DNA of 64,000 nucleotides from Escherichia coli (GTDB lineage Bacteria; Pseudomonadota; Gammaproteobacteria; Enterobacterales; Enterobacteriaceae): NCBI RefSeq assembly GCF_003018235.1, contig NZ_CP027438.1; one strand, 5' to 3'. Shown piece by piece: positions 24,587 to 37,845 of this stretch (position 1 is its first letter; each line of letters starts with the position of its first letter). The notes under the pieces were generated by a model. It saw only the letters and a program-made list of their open reading frames with translations, ran no database searches and was not told where the DNA came from. The position numbers and the translations under genes were made by a program.

Positions 24587-25866
24587 TTAAATGTAATACC
24601 TGTATCATTTTCAAACAATGATGAATATAGCCATTTGATCAGAGGACGAGTCTCTAATGGCACATCTGCCTTAAATGTCATATTAGAAATCAATTTTAAA
24701 TCCCTGTAATTTCTATCAATCTCTGCAATAGCAACATATGACGGGACATCTGTCTTAATGTTATAGTTATAATAAACACTATCTGGACTCAATGGCGTAT
24801 TTGAGATACTTCTTATTGCTCCATAAATAACACCAAAGCGTTGATAAGGATATGAATCAATATGTAGTGTCACCTTACTGTTAAGTTTCACTCTACCTAT
24901 AACATCAGGAGAAATGAACATTATCGCCTGATAGACGGCGTTATCAGGAATAATAGACATTATATACTCTCCATCCTTGGCTTGAGCTCCATTCTTTTTT
25001 GTAATTGATGTTACAACACCCTGTACAGGGGATTTTTGTATATACTCATACTTTTCTGCATTATTATAATATTGTATTAAATCATTAATTTTATTTTCGT
25101 TATAGTTATTATTCGTAGATAAAATTTTGCTTTCAATATCAGATTTCTGTAATTTTAACTCCATAACCTTTCTTGTTGTCTCGTCAATTTCTCTCTCGAC
25201 AGACGTTCTCTGGAGCAACTTTTCCAAAAGCTGTGATTCTGCATTATTTTTATCAACTATAGTGACCACCTTATTCTTGTAAGCTTCATTTATTTTTCTA
25301 TATGCCGAGCTATTTATTTCTATTGCGCGCTCTATCATATTCTTATCATTTTTTGCTTTTTTTATGCTATCTTCTTCTTTTCGTATTTGCATGTCAATTG
25401 ATGAAAGCTGTTTTTTATAGTTATTAACTTCATTTTTATTTTCCTTGCTGATAGATGCAATTCGCTCTTTCAGAAGAAGTGAGTATATATACTCACTATT
25501 TTCAAACTTACTATTTGAATTGCTGGAGCTTATATTAAAAAGAACATCACCTTTTTTTACTTTGCCCCCCTCCATTACCGCAAGGTTTTCAACCACCCCA
25601 TTTCTGTCGCTTCTTATGGCGAATGTCCCTTGCTCTGGGAAAATAACACCTGTAACACGTTTTCTCTGAGTATACTTTGCAAAAACAAATAAGACTGCCA
25701 GGAGGAAAACTATCATTGCATATACACATACAGCTCGCTTTATCTTAATATTATCAGGAATGAAAACATCCCCAAGAAAATTCTTTTTTATATTTCTATA
25801 AATTTCCATAATCGCAACATCATCTAAATAATAAATTATTTTGATAAGATATAAATCCCATGCCAA
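24583..25866 (-). CDS. HlyD-family membrane fusion protein (CvaA/MchE-like)
   Basis: 427 aa; N-terminal TM anchor, long coiled-coil region, C-terminal beta domain; overlaps ABC gene start. Confidence 0.75.
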   Translation of the reverse strand: MAWDLYLIKIIYYLDDVAIMEIYRNIKKNFLGDVFIPDNIKIKRAVCVYAMIVFLLAVLFVFAKYTQRKRVTGVIFPEQGTFAIRSDRNGVVENLAVMEGGKVKKGDVLFNISSSNSNSKFENSEYIYSLLLKERIASISKENKNEVNNYKKQLSSIDMQIRKEEDSIKKAKNDKNMIERAIEINSSAYRKINEAYKNKVVTIVDKNNAESQLLEKLLQRTSVEREIDETTRKVMELKLQKSDIESKILSTNNNYNENKINDLIQYYNNAEKYEYIQKSPVQGVVTSITKKNGAQAKDGEYIMSIIPDNAVYQAIMFISPDVIGRVKLNSKVTLHIDSYPYQRFGVIYGAIRSISNTPLSPDSVYYNYNIKTDVPSYVAIAEIDRNYRDLKLISNMTFKADVPLETRPLIKWLYSSLFENDTGITFK

Positions 25867-26244
25867 GACAACACATTATATTAGAGGACCCTTTAACTTA
25901 TTATAATATGGATAATAGAGACGATTAAAAATCTGAATTCATGGGCCTAAAGAGCAAGTTGCCAGAAATTTAACAATACTTACACCAATAGTAATCAGCA
26001 CTTAATCAGAAAAACTAATAAAGTATAACTGGCTGCATTTACTACCGTGAAGTTCTGACTATAGAACCGTTGAGACTAAATGTATTTTTAAATTCTGTGT
26101 TAAACTTCCCCCATTACAATCCCGTTACATCTCATCTCCGAAAATAAAACTCAGCCTGACACTAATTTCATCATGGATGTCTGATACAGAGAATTTCGTC
26201 GGCTTCCGTGCCCCCTACAACAATAAAAGATGACTGTAAGTAAA

Positions 26245-26820
26245 TCAACCTACAATAAATTTCCCTTCAGTTACACTATAGTGATATGCCCCATCACGAG
26301 TACTGTTTTTAATTGACTCAAGTGCATTCTTAGCTGTTGTTGCGTCTGAAGAATAAATATTCTTAGAGTCCTGTTCCATTATATAGCTATAAAATTTATG
26401 AGTATCCGGATCCTTTAAATCATCTGCCGTTACCGCCCCATATTCAGGGCTTCCGCCAAGAGCCTCAAACTTATGTTCTAACGGATTGTAATAAACACGC
26501 CCATCATTCTGTAATGTATGAATGCAGTCCTCTCGCTCGCTATCAGATACTTTGTCACTCCCTGTGTGTGTCTGCAACTCATGCATATAGCTATTAGCGA
26601 TATCAGCGTCTATATGGAGTATATCTCCATCCGTTGTATATTTAGAGACTGCGGTTCCATCTTTATGTTCAAATGCCCCCAGAGCCTCAGCTAAAGATAC
26701 AGCACCTTCTGAAGCATGAGTTGCTTCAACCATGCCCTCTATGATGGTCTCAAGAGCCTCGCCCAAACCAACGCCACCACCATAAATACAATTACATTCA
26801 TTAAACGTTAATTTTCTCAT
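26245..26820 (-). CDS. double-glycine-leader secreted protein (candidate cargo of the adjacent exporter)
   Basis: 191 aa; N-terminus MRKLTFNECNCIYGG-GVGLGE... fits the double-glycine leader pattern (compare colicin V MRTLTLNELDSVSGG); mature part about 176 aa, acidic, hydrophilic. Confidence 0.6.
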   Translation of the reverse strand: MRKLTFNECNCIYGGGVGLGEALETIIEGMVEATHASEGAVSLAEALGAFEHKDGTAVSKYTTDGDILHIDADIANSYMHELQTHTGSDKVSDSEREDCIHTLQNDGRVYYNPLEHKFEALGGSPEYGAVTADDLKDPDTHKFYSYIMEQDSKNIYSSDATTAKNALESIKNSTRDGAYHYSVTEGKFIVG

Positions 26821-27238
26821 ACGTTAAATCCTGCTTCTGAGTTACCATTTTGCTATGCTATATTATCTACCATATTTTCAGAAAACCAGTAAGAAAATGT
26901 AAGCAATAGATATAATTGTAAATCTATTTTTATCCGTTCCAATTTATATTCAAGACCTTCAGGGCAGGAATGCAGGGAAGCGTGCATATTGCCTGACAAC
27001 TACAACTAGCTGAGGAGATGTTTATCCCAAACCTGATTTATTCAACAAAGCTGGATTCAACAAAACTAGCCATGATTTTGTATTTCTGCCACTTCGTTCG
27101 ACCGTAAGCCATCTCTTACGTACATCTTAAGTACTACTACGATGCATCCTAAAATATGAGGCAGAGAGTGCTGCAGCCTTCCTGATAAACCGAATATATG
27201 TGACAGTAACATTTTTCCCACAATCAGTGATTTCAACA

Positions 27239-27612
27239 TGTAGTGGATCGGTAATTCCGGACACCTCGAAATCCTGTTAATGTTAAAACAGTGAAAATGA
27301 GGTGATGCATGATCAAAACTCGTCGGACTAAACGTACCTTTTCTCCGGAGTTCAAGCTTGAAGCTATCGAACAGGTGGTTAAATACCAGCGTGATGTCAG
27401 AGAAGTCGCGCTGACACTCGAGCTCAACCCTGACCATTTGCGTAAATGGATACGGTTGTATAAGCAGGAACTTCAGGATATTGAGCCCGCTGGTAATGCT
27501 ATTACCCCTGAACAACGCGAAATTCAGCAGTTTAAAGCGCAGATAAAGCGCCTTGAGATGGAAAAAGAAATACTAAAGCAGGCTGCCGTGCTGATGAGCG
27601 AAATCCTTCAGT
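27239..27612 (+). mobile_element. 5' fragment of IS-X (IS3 family) with intact OrfA-like ORF 27309..27614
   Basis: Left end TGTAGTGGATCGGTAATTCCGGACACC; OrfA 101 aa MIKTRRTKRTFSPEFKLEAIEQVV...; element ends abruptly at about 27612. Confidence 0.7.
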
Positions 27613-27614
27613 GA

Positions 27615-27728
27615 GTCCATTACCTCGATGGTATCACCGTCCAGTACACGAACAACCCGTCCATGAATATTTGCAGACAATACCGGCCATGAAAAGATAA
27701 ATAATACCAGTGGAATATATTTCCTCAT
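27615..27728 (-). pseudogene. 5' fragment (about 38 codons) of a thermonuclease-like gene
   Basis: MRKYIPLVLFIFSWPVLSANIHGRVVRVLDGDTIEVM... signal peptide plus start of SNase fold, then reads into IS-X sequence. Confidence 0.5.
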
Positions 27729-28321
27729 GTTATTCTCCATATCAAATAAATGGCACCTGTATTTCAGGCAATCCTGAATATTGCAGCACACATTGAATAA
27801 CACCTTATTTTGTGAAATTAATCACAAAATATAAAAATGCAACTTAATACGGAAAAGACTCTGTGCTACTCAGAACTGTCCGGTCATACTGCCCGACCGG
27901 ATATTAAAAAAAGCAAATCTCACAAACTCCTTTCAGCCTTCTGACTTCTGGTGTAATGAAGGCTGCTTTTTCGTTACCCCCTTCCCCGGCAGCGCCGGTG
28001 GCAGTGTTCAGCCCTTTTTCGGGCAAACTGCTGCCAGTCTGTCCGGGGCGCAACACAGGCAGCCCGTCGCCATGCTTCTGCCGCTTCCAGCCAGAGCCCC
28101 CTGACCTCCAGCCGGACAGCCCGGTTTCCGGCACGCTGCCAGCGCCAGACCTGAGTGTTTCGTGAACTGTTTCTGAATCCGTTCATTTTACATCTCCCCT
28201 CTTTAACTCATCAGTATTCCTGTGTTAAATAATTCAGTGGACTGACTTCTTTTCGGGTATAGAAGTTATTTCCTTTTAAGCCTTATTGTTTCAGCCTCCT
28301 CAGTTTTCGGGGAAGCTTTTT

Positions 28322-28888
28322 TTATTTCTCATCCAGCACAGCCTGAAGTTCTGCCTTTATCCGGTTCTGGCGACGGATTTTCGCCAGACGCGCTGCCGCA
28401 TACGCTTCTTCCTCCTGAGAAATATGCTCCGTCACATACCCTTCCGTGTCATACCGGCAGGCACCGGCTTTCATGGCACACAGATAGCTTTCTGAACGGG
28501 TGATGGCCTTCAGCGCCCTGCGCAGTTTTTTATGCGAGAGCGGGATATTCCGCTGCGCCACGTCGTCCAGTAACACATCCCGGATACCGCAGGCCAGAAG
28601 CCGGGGTGTGTCACCGTCAAATAATTCCGGCCACCAGGGCTTCAGGGTGTTCACGGCCTCATCCAGCGTGGGCAGGTTCAGATAAATGGACAGCCCCTGT
28701 CTGGCCTGCGCTTTTTTTGCCGCCAGCTCCGCTTCACGGGCCGCTTTCTCGGCCAGCTTCTGCTTTTTCACCTTCCACTTTGGTGGCGTGGTCACATTGA
28801 TGATAGTTTTCCGGCTGCGGACAGGTGCAGGCGTTGCCCCTTCCGTTTTCCGCTTCAGTGTCAGTACCGGTCGCTTCTGCTCTGTCAT
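28322..28888 (-). CDS. finO: fertility inhibition protein FinO
   Basis: [17 protein letters not shown]...[28 protein letters not shown]...[55 protein letters not shown]... Confidence 0.9.
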   Translation of the reverse strand: MTEQKRPVLTLKRKTEGATPAPVRSRKTIINVTTPPKWKVKKQKLAEKAAREAELAAKKAQARQGLSIYLNLPTLDEAVNTLKPWWPELFDGDTPRLLACGIRDVLLDDVAQRNIPLSHKKLRRALKAITRSESYLCAMKAGACRYDTEGYVTEHISQEEEAYAAARLAKIRRQNRIKAELQAVLDEK

Positions 28889-28942
28889 GCTGTATTCTGC
28901 CTCTGACGAATCATCCTCTTGCGGCCAAAGATACCACACCCG

Positions 28943-30687
<1,745 letters not shown>

Positions 30688-30824
30688 GCCACCGCCTCAC
30701 CGTTACCGGACATGTCCACATCAGACAGATACAGTGCACCACCAATCGCGGAGGCTGCACCGACAACCACAATCCCCAGCCACAGGTACTGCTTGCGTTT
30801 CACAATGGTATTGATACTGGCCAT
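30688..30824 (-). pseudogene. traB: traB 5' fragment (first about 45 codons)
   Basis: [45 protein letters not shown] then IS end; ATGA overlap with traK stop. Confidence 0.7.
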
Positions 30825-31552
30825 CAGTTGCCCTCCCCGTCACGGATGACATACACATCCATGCGAGCACCTACCAGTAACTGGCTGGCAGACTGGCTGA
30901 ACATCACGGCACGGGTTCCCGGCTGCCAGAAGTCACTTTCCCGGATATTCAGGGCAGACAGCGTTTTATTTTCCACGGCAAAGCGGACCATCTCCAGGTG
31001 ATTCCCCGTCCATACCGCATCCGCCACTGAAGACAGCCCCGCCGGGGGCTGCAGGGTTTCTTTTGTCACAGGAACCTGATACCAGCCGGCGGGTAATTTT
31101 CCGCCACGGACGGCCTGGCTGATGGTCACAAGCAGGGATTCGTAAGGCGTGGACGTTTCCCACGCACCGGCTTCTTCTCCGGTTCCGCGCAGGTCACTGA
31201 CCAGCTGAATGGTACGCCCCGCGCCTTCACGGGGAACGGCCTGAATGGAAAGATTCAGACCACGTTCTGTTTCCAGAATGAAGGTAAAGGGCTTTTTGTT
31301 GACGGTGGCCACCACCACACCGCCGGAGGCGGTCTGCTCATTACTGGTCAGGGCACCATCCAGACTGTTCACGGCGATAATCCGGTCACCGGGAACGGTA
31401 AACAGATTCGGGCTGGTATTGCTGACGGCAATACTGGCCTGACCACCGTTCACCATTGGCACCACGGTGGGGGCCAGCGTGCCGTTTGCGGCCATCACGC
31501 TGCAGGAAAAAAACAGGCCGCCGAATATTATTGCTGTATTATTTTTTCTCAT
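30824..31552 (-). CDS. traK: F-type conjugation protein TraK
   Basis: 242 aa [69 protein letters not shown]... Confidence 0.9.
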   Translation of the reverse strand: MRKNNTAIIFGGLFFSCSVMAANGTLAPTVVPMVNGGQASIAVSNTSPNLFTVPGDRIIAVNSLDGALTSNEQTASGGVVVATVNKKPFTFILETERGLNLSIQAVPREGAGRTIQLVSDLRGTGEEAGAWETSTPYESLLVTISQAVRGGKLPAGWYQVPVTKETLQPPAGLSSVADAVWTGNHLEMVRFAVENKTLSALNIRESDFWQPGTRAVMFSQSASQLLVGARMDVYVIRDGEGN

Positions 31553-32105
31553 CGTCTGTTTCCCCGAAATTATCCAGCCAGGTCACCCCGTTTTCCCGCT
31601 TCAGAATAAGGATGTAATGTTTGATATCAGTGAAAGGTTTTGAATCACCAATCCAGGTTTTAAGCACACCACGAATTTCCACACGGCCATACTGAGGCCA
31701 GACACGAACACTGGTCTGGAAAAAGGCTGAGTTCACGTTATCGTTTTTAATACGCTTCGCTTCTTCAGCCAGAATAACTTTCATCTGGTTCTGTGCGCCC
31801 GGGCGGATATATTGCAGAAGCGCCTGATGTGAGGCATCGACGATTTCCGGTGAGACATTCAGACGGAGGGCAATAAATGACAGCGCCATCTGCTGTAAAT
31901 AAGAGGCATCGGCACTGTTCTGCGACACGGCAAAGGGCACATTAAATCCCATTGGGATTACGGCGGTGCGTTGCTCATTCTGAAGACGGTAGTTATTTAC
32001 TCCCTGAATGACGTTAACGGCAAGGCTGAGGACAATAAGTACCGACATAAATATAAAGGCGATGGCCATTACACGACTGGTACTTAAACGGGCACCGTGT
32101 TCCAT
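31539..32105 (-). CDS. traE: F-type conjugation protein TraE
   Basis: 188 aa [51 protein letters not shown]... Confidence 0.9.
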   Translation of the reverse strand: MEHGARLSTSRVMAIAFIFMSVLIVLSLAVNVIQGVNNYRLQNEQRTAVIPMGFNVPFAVSQNSADASYLQQMALSFIALRLNVSPEIVDASHQALLQYIRPGAQNQMKVILAEEAKRIKNDNVNSAFFQTSVRVWPQYGRVEIRGVLKTWIGDSKPFTDIKHYILILKRENGVTWLDNFGETDDEKK

Positions 32106-32126
32106 AGAATAATCCTGGTATCAGTT

Positions 32127-32438
32127 CTATTTAATCCACTGCCGGAAACATGAATCGGGAACATTATGAAAAATACCGCGCAGCAGGGCTGTTGGCATAT
32201 ACCAGTAAATCAGGTCACGTAACCAGGAACTTCCCCGCCCTTTTTTCAGTTTTTTAATCCCGAAATAAACCAGAACCGCCGCACCAATACCAAACAGATA
32301 TTTTGATGTCATCATTCCCCAGCCAATACAGATTGCAGCGGGGATCAGTTCATCCAGTGGCAGGCCAAACCAGCGGCTCTGGTTAGTCAGTGTTTCCGGG
32401 AAACGATATTTTTTAAGTTTATTCTCGTCTCCCGACAT
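32127..32438 (-). CDS. traL: F-type conjugation protein TraL
   Basis: 103 aa [41 protein letters not shown]... Confidence 0.85.
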   Translation of the reverse strand: MSGDENKLKKYRFPETLTNQSRWFGLPLDELIPAAICIGWGMMTSKYLFGIGAAVLVYFGIKKLKKGRGSSWLRDLIYWYMPTALLRGIFHNVPDSCFRQWIK

Positions 32439-32452
32439 CGTTTTATTTCCTG

Positions 32453-32818
32453 TCAGAGACCGACGACGGCCATACCCACGGTAATAAACACGGAGATAAT
32501 GGCAAAACCGGCGAGGAACTTAACGTTTTTGGTCATCATGTACATGATGGCCCCGACGAGAACTTCCGCCAGAATCACCCATTTCACCGCACTGGAGTCT
32601 TTACCGAAGGTGGCCTTGACGGTGGCGTTACCCCCGGCCATCAGGTCCTGACCTGCCCCCTGGGCGGCCAGTGCCAGTTGCGGGAAGAACATCATCAGAA
32701 CAGCAGCCGGGATCACTGCACGAACCAGGCGAAGCATATTCAGACGAGTAAATTTAGGAAAAAACGACTTCTTTTTGACGGGCGCAGAAGCACCCTGAAC
32801 ACTTAAAACAGTATTCAT
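32453..32818 (-). CDS. traA: F-pilin precursor TraA
   Basis: 121 aa; long leader then ...[70 protein letters not shown]. Confidence 0.9.
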   Translation of the reverse strand: MNTVLSVQGASAPVKKKSFFPKFTRLNMLRLVRAVIPAAVLMMFFPQLALAAQGAGQDLMAGGNATVKATFGKDSSAVKWVILAEVLVGAIMYMMTKNVKFLAGFAIISVFITVGMAVVGL

Positions 32819-32869
32819 AAGTTACCTCTAATTAAGATAGGATAATAAAAACTAAAACTCTTTAAATGT

Positions 32870-33091
32870 TTAATCGTTCTCTTCCGTTACCTCCCTGAAA
32901 ATTTCTTCGTTATAAAAATCGGGATAGCGTTGCAAATGATCCTGCAACCTCACCAATGCTTCATTTGTTTTCGTTCTTCCACTGCGCTCCCTGGCCCCAA
33001 GTAATAATTTATTCGTTGCCTCATCAAGAGTCAGTAAAACCTTTCTACTTGGCGCAGATCTTAAAGCTCCTTTAATCACCCTCCCTCCCAT
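32870..33091 (-). CDS. traY: TraY (RHH oriT-binding protein)
   Basis: 73 aa from MGGRVIKGAL...; C-terminal RLQDHLQRYPDFYNEEIFREV as in R100-type TraY. Confidence 0.75.
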   Translation of the reverse strand: MGGRVIKGALRSAPSRKVLLTLDEATNKLLLGARERSGRTKTNEALVRLQDHLQRYPDFYNEEIFREVTEEND

Positions 33092-33328
33092 ACATAAAAG
33101 AGATTTAGTCAAAATATTCACATAAAGCGCACACAAAACAAACAATAAAAGAGTAAATAATATTAACAAAAACCAGCACTTTTAGTGCCGGAGATATTTA
33201 CACTTCTTTACAATGAAGATTGTTAATATAACTTGCGAAGTATTGATATAGATAAAATAACAAATCAGAAATTATTGCATATCGCAACCACTCATCCCTG
33301 TCTGAGAAACCATAGTGTTTTTTAAATT

Positions 33329-33836
33329 TCATAAATATTTTTTAGATTGATCAACAGAGACATCCATTCTCTGAGCAGAATACTCATGACTATAACCCAA
33401 AAGATACGGTATTATCTTATTAAAACGATATTTTTCGGATATACAACTAAACTCCTTTCCCTTTATAAAAAAGCTACCAACTACGTATCTTTCGAAAAAT
33501 CTCCAGACAAACAAATAAAAGTTATTCACTTCCGCACTTTCAACTACCACATCCCATAACACATCATTCAATATTACACCATTAATAATGCTCACTCCAT
33601 TCGAGGACGAAAAAGCATCAATTTCAGCAGTCTGAAATAAAACTTGCGTATCAATATCAATGCCAGAAAACCATATTTCAGAATCACTATTCTGACACTT
33701 TATTGATTGTAAAAAAAACAGAGTTTGAATCTATGAATTTTCCTGACTCTGTGCGGACACAGACTGGATATTTTGCGGATAAAATAATTTCGGTCAAACC
33801 TGATTGACGTATGAGTGCTCTTTCTCTAGTATCCAT
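33329..33836 (-). pseudogene. traJ: traJ with a frameshift at an 8-nt T run
   Basis: ATG at 33836 with RBS; N-part [42 protein letters not shown] stops shortly after the T8 tract (A8 at 33711-33718 on plus strand); continuation in +1 frame joins ORF 33329..33595. Confidence 0.6.
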
Positions 33837-33897
33837 CGCACCACATAGGAACCTCCTCAAAGGATTCTATGGACAGTCGATGTAGGGAGGTGGAAGC
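33819..33897 (+). ncRNA. finP: FinP-type antisense RNA (approximate)
   Basis: Opposite strand to traJ 5' UTR/start; perfect hairpin GTCGATGTAGGGAG-gtggaag-CTCCCTACATCGAC followed by TTTTT (33869-33897). Confidence 0.45.
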
Positions 33898-34039
33898 TCC
33901 CTACATCGACGATTTTTAATATTAAGTTTTAACGTGGCATTAACCACATAATTAATATACCCTTTATGTGGTTAATTGTCATCAAATTGAAGCAGATCAA
34001 TATTCTGTTATTTGAAGCAAATCAACTTTTAATTCTTTT

Positions 34040-34423
34040 TTATTCCTCATCATTTTTTGGAAAGAACCTCTCCATCTCAGATGACACCTTCTCCCTGATA
34101 TCTTCGACCATATTCGCATATTCAAACTTTGGATTTCCTGAGACATGAGGACTGAGAGACTCAATACCTAAAATCTTTGCCACTGACGACTGTGTTTTTA
34201 CCACACACTCAAGGAGTAATTTATTAAACTCGGTCTGATTAAATGCAGACTCTTTACGCTCCATCTGAGCTTCATACACACGAAGCCCCAGTTCAAGAAG
34301 CATTGAAGCTGTTGCTGAAAAACTGACATCTTTTTCCCTTGCCCCTTCCTGTCGACGCTTCTCAATAATCACATTTATTTTTTCATAAGCATCATTGCTG
34401 ATATACAGGTTCACCTTAGCCAT
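34040..34423 (-). CDS. traM: TraM relaxosome accessory protein
   Basis: 127 aa MAKVNLYISNDAYEKINVIIEKRRQEGAREKDVSFSATASMLLELGLRVYEAQMERKESAFNQTEFNKLLLECVVKTQSSVAKILGIESLSPHVSGNPKFEYANMVEDIREKVSSEMERFFPKNDEE. Confidence 0.9.
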   Translation of the reverse strand: MAKVNLYISNDAYEKINVIIEKRRQEGAREKDVSFSATASMLLELGLRVYEAQMERKESAFNQTEFNKLLLECVVKTQSSVAKILGIESLSPHVSGNPKFEYANMVEDIREKVSSEMERFFPKNDEE

Positions 34424-34439
34424 TAGAGATTACCTTTTT

Positions 34440-34790
34440 TGAACATAAAATAAAGTTAATTTCGAAACACTAAAATTCATAATGCAAACAGGGACGCACC
34501 GCTAGCAGCGCCCCTGGCGGTATCCTATAAAAAAACACACCGCGCCGCTAGCAGCGCCCCTAATATAAAATAATATTTTTTATAAAAATAGTCAGTACCA
34601 CCCCTACAAAGGGGTGCCTGCACGTTGCCATAGCCGCGTCGACGACGCTGTTTTAAATAAATCAGATTTAAACAATATAAATCCAAAAACATAAAACAAT
34701 GATATTAAAGACAAATCAGCAAAAACTTGTTTTTGCGTAGTGTGTGGTGCTTTTGGTGGTGAGAACCACCAATCTGTTGAGCCTTTTTGT
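34440..34790. other. F-like oriT region with nic motif and TraM/TraY site repeats
   Basis: TTTTTGCGTAGTGTGTGGTGCTTTTGGTGGTGAGAACCACC at 34731-34770 (F/R100-type nic region); 18-bp direct repeats (CA/CG)CCGCTAGCAGCGCCCC at 34497-34514 and 34543-34560; palindrome CACCCCTACAAAGGGGTG at 34599-34616. Confidence 0.75.
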
Positions 34791-34836
34791 GGAGTGGGTT
34801 AAATTATTTACGGATAAAGTCACCAGAGGTGGAAAA

Positions 34837-35346
34837 ATGAAAAAATGGATGTTAGCCATCTGCCTGATGTTTATAAATGAGATCTGCCATGCCACTGATT
34901 GCTTTGATCTTGCAGGCCGGGATTACAAAATAGATCCTGATTTACTGAGAGCAATATCATGGAAAGAATCCCGTTACCAGGTTAATGCCATCGGTATTAA
35001 TCCGGTAACGGGATATGGCAGCGGACTGATGCAGGTAGATTCCCAGCATTTTAACGAACTGGCCCGCTATGGAATTAAGCCGGAACATCTGACAACAGAT
35101 CCCTGCATGAACATTTATACCGGTGCTTATTATCTGGCAATAGCCTTTAAAAAATGGGGCGTCTCCTGGGAGGCCGTTGGTGCATACAATGCCGGATTCA
35201 GGAAGACTGAACGCCAGAACCAGAGACGTCTTGCCTACGCATCAGATGTTTACCGGATTTATACCGGGATAAAAAGCAGTAAAGGTATCCGGATTCCGGC
35301 CACGAAGAAATCACTTCCGGAAATTAACAGCGTGCAGAACAATTAA
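34837..35346 (+). CDS. lytic transglycosylase (F gene X / orf169 homologue)
   Basis: 169 aa with signal peptide [19 protein letters not shown]; SLT-domain motifs ([19 protein letters not shown]). Confidence 0.8.
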   Translation: MKKWMLAICLMFINEICHATDCFDLAGRDYKIDPDLLRAISWKESRYQVNAIGINPVTGYGSGLMQVDSQHFNELARYGIKPEHLTTDPCMNIYTGAYYLAIAFKKWGVSWEAVGAYNAGFRKTERQNQRRLAYASDVYRIYTGIKSSKGIRIPATKKSLPEINSVQNN

Positions 35347-35600
35347 TCTTACAGACATTGTCAGATACCGGTTATGCCGCAAAAGCGGCATGGAAGGCCA
35401 CACACAAAAATATCATATGAGTGACAATACTGACTGGCCGAAGCCCCGCGAAGCGGGAACCCATATTATATATACCCGGTAACTGCGCAGCCTCCTGCCA
35501 GACCATTTTTCGCGGGCACAATATTTACAGACAACCGGAAAGCCGGTTGATGAAATTGAGGTATATCAGACGACACAGCGATACCGAAGAATGATAATAT

Positions 35601-35633
35601 AAGTAAAGCCCCGAAAATTTTTTCGGGGCTTTA
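35601..35633. terminator. bidirectional rho-independent terminator
   Basis: AAAGCCCCGAAAATTTTTTCGGGGCTTTACTT. Confidence 0.65.
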
Positions 35634-35642
35634 CTTATATTA

Positions 35643-36574
35643 TCATGACTTCCACTTTCTGAACTGTTCGGCAATCACCCATAACGCCTTGTTGATTCTT
35701 ATATCACCATCAATACCTGTAATGGCTCTTGTCCTGGTATTTTTCCCGGAGGCACTTCGCCCCGATAATCCACCTTTTATCATATTCTCCTGAACCCGCT
35801 GCCAGGTTGTCCAGAGATCGTTCTGTTTATCTTCCCGACGACGGGGAGTAATTATCTGTTCAGGCGTCACTGGCGTTTTATTTTCATCTTCATACCTGAC
35901 CATCAGTGCAGCTCTGCCAAATAAATGTTGCTCGTCACTGTTAAGATGAATTTCTTTCATCGCCTCCATATTATCAGTGACCTTATCAAAGACACCGAGC
36001 ACTTCATACGCTCCCTCGATAACCTGCCCGACAATATCACCTTAATGTGGAACGCGGATTTCGCCAAAATTATTTCCGCACACCAGGCCATTTGTGCAGA
36101 CAAAACGAAAAATTCCGGGGATCATCTGATAACTGGATGAACCATCATGTGAATTAAGCAGGATAATTTCAGGAACTTCCTGCCCGTTAATATGCCCTTC
36201 CCTGCGAAGACGTAACATATGTTTACTGTATTCGCGACGTCCCAAATCACGAACCCGACTCTGACAGGCAAAGAATGGCTGGAAACCTTCATCACGTAAC
36301 TTATTGATGATATTGATTGTTGGAATATACGTATAACGTTCACTCCTGGACTCATGTTTATCACCGGAAAATACCAAGGCACGAACTGCATTAATTCATC
36401 ATCCGTTAAAGGACGTTCACGGCGGATGGAATTATACCGACCAAAACGGGAAGCTAATCGCATAACAGCTACTCCTTTATGAAAGAATAAATTTAATAAA
36501 AATTTTTTCCGCTTAATATCATCCCCCCGATCTCCATTAACAAGATTGCAACAATCAGGAGGGATATTCATCAC
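35643..36574 (-). pseudogene. conserved leading-region gene broken into three frames
   Basis: Overlapping ORFs 36122..36574, 36042..36377, 35643..36002 on the same strand in different frames. Confidence 0.35.
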
Positions 36575-36580
36575 ATCCGG

Positions 36581-36868
36581 TCAGCAGATCGCCCGGATAT
36601 CGAGGCCGGCACGCTTAATCTGACGCAGGAACTGTTTGAAGTGATCGGCTTCCGCAATGTTGATATGGCGGAACTGCTTATCCACACCCTGACTGAGCGC
36701 GTAGCTATAACTGAAGGCCATCTTTTCCGGGTGGCTTTTGCGATATTTTTTCAGCTCAGTCAGGCTGCTGAATTCCAGGACGTCCCTCTCTTCCCCGGTG
36801 TTTTTTTTCTTCCCGGCAACAAGAAGCGTGTACGACGCGGTGTTAACGTGGATATTTCGGGTACTCAT
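36581..36868 (-). CDS. hypothetical protein (leading-region small ORF)
   Basis: 95-aa ORF, coherent composition. Confidence 0.45.
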   Translation of the reverse strand: MSTRNIHVNTASYTLLVAGKKKNTGEERDVLEFSSLTELKKYRKSHPEKMAFSYSYALSQGVDKQFRHINIAEADHFKQFLRQIKRAGLDIRAIC

Positions 36869-37845
36869 CCTGCTTTCTCCTCTCTCTGGTTTTCAGCCCC
36901 CATCATCTGTTGAGTTTCGGGAGCCGCGGTTTTGACGTTTTGCGGGGACCTGCCTTTTGTTCCCTCCGGTATTCACCATCACCTTTTTGAGAACCTTCGC
37001 CGCAAGGGGCATCACTGCCACGGCCGGAAACGACTGTCCGGGGGCAGACCGCAAAAGTTTTTGCCTGCTTTTGGGCAAAAAGTTTTGCGGGATGTACATT
37101 TCACCCCTGGACTGGCGGAGACGGTTGTGGCTGTATCAGCCCCCGGCGACAGGGGCTTAAACAGGTGAATGACACCGGACACAACAACGGACAGGGACCC
37201 GCCGCAACGACGTGAAGCGCGGTTTGCGAAACGGCGTTGCCCCTTACATCCCGGCGGCCTTTTGCCGGGATGCCAGGAGCGCAGGCCACGGCGCGACAGA
37301 GGCGGCGCGACCGGAACGGTCGCTGCAAGCCAGGGTTTCGCGTCAGGGATGGAAGCCCGCCAGGGCGGAGACAGCTTCGCTGGCTCCGTTCACGACAGCC
37401 CGCCCCGCCAGGGGGACGCCCGGAAAAGCCATAAACAGGAGAGGAACGGAAAGAAGAGGAAGAGGAAAAAGAAGAAGAACAATAACAAGCACGGTAACCA
37501 CAGAAAAATAACATCAGAAAAAAACATTCCGGGCACATCACAAACAGGAAGGGTAACGGGCGACGCGTCAGCGTGGCCCGCTTCCCTTCCGGCAGGCGTC
37601 AGCCTGCCAGGGGTTTTCGCGCGGGCTGACAGGCGGCCTCCACCGCCTGCCCCTGTATCACCTGTTTCTGCTGCCCTGAAGGATGTAGTGACCACCGAGG
37701 AAAACCGCCTGCTGATTCGCCACAAAATCGCAGATTTCATCAACAATCTGTGCGGTGGTGAGCGGTTTCTGTCCCATTTCACGACGCCACGCATTAATCA
37801 CGGCTTTGTAATTGCGCAGAATTTCGCGGGTTTCCGTGCTGATAT

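Noticed and set aside
26245-26820. HELQTH in the double-glycine cargo protein as a zinc-metalloprotease HEXXH motif
   Set aside because: Spacing is H-E-x-x-x-H, not HEXXH, and no downstream third ligand context; not evidence for a protease
27066-27515. 149-aa minus-strand ORF across the IS-X fragment
   Set aside because: Antisense to the IS-X OrfA, which is conserved in three copies; no independent support
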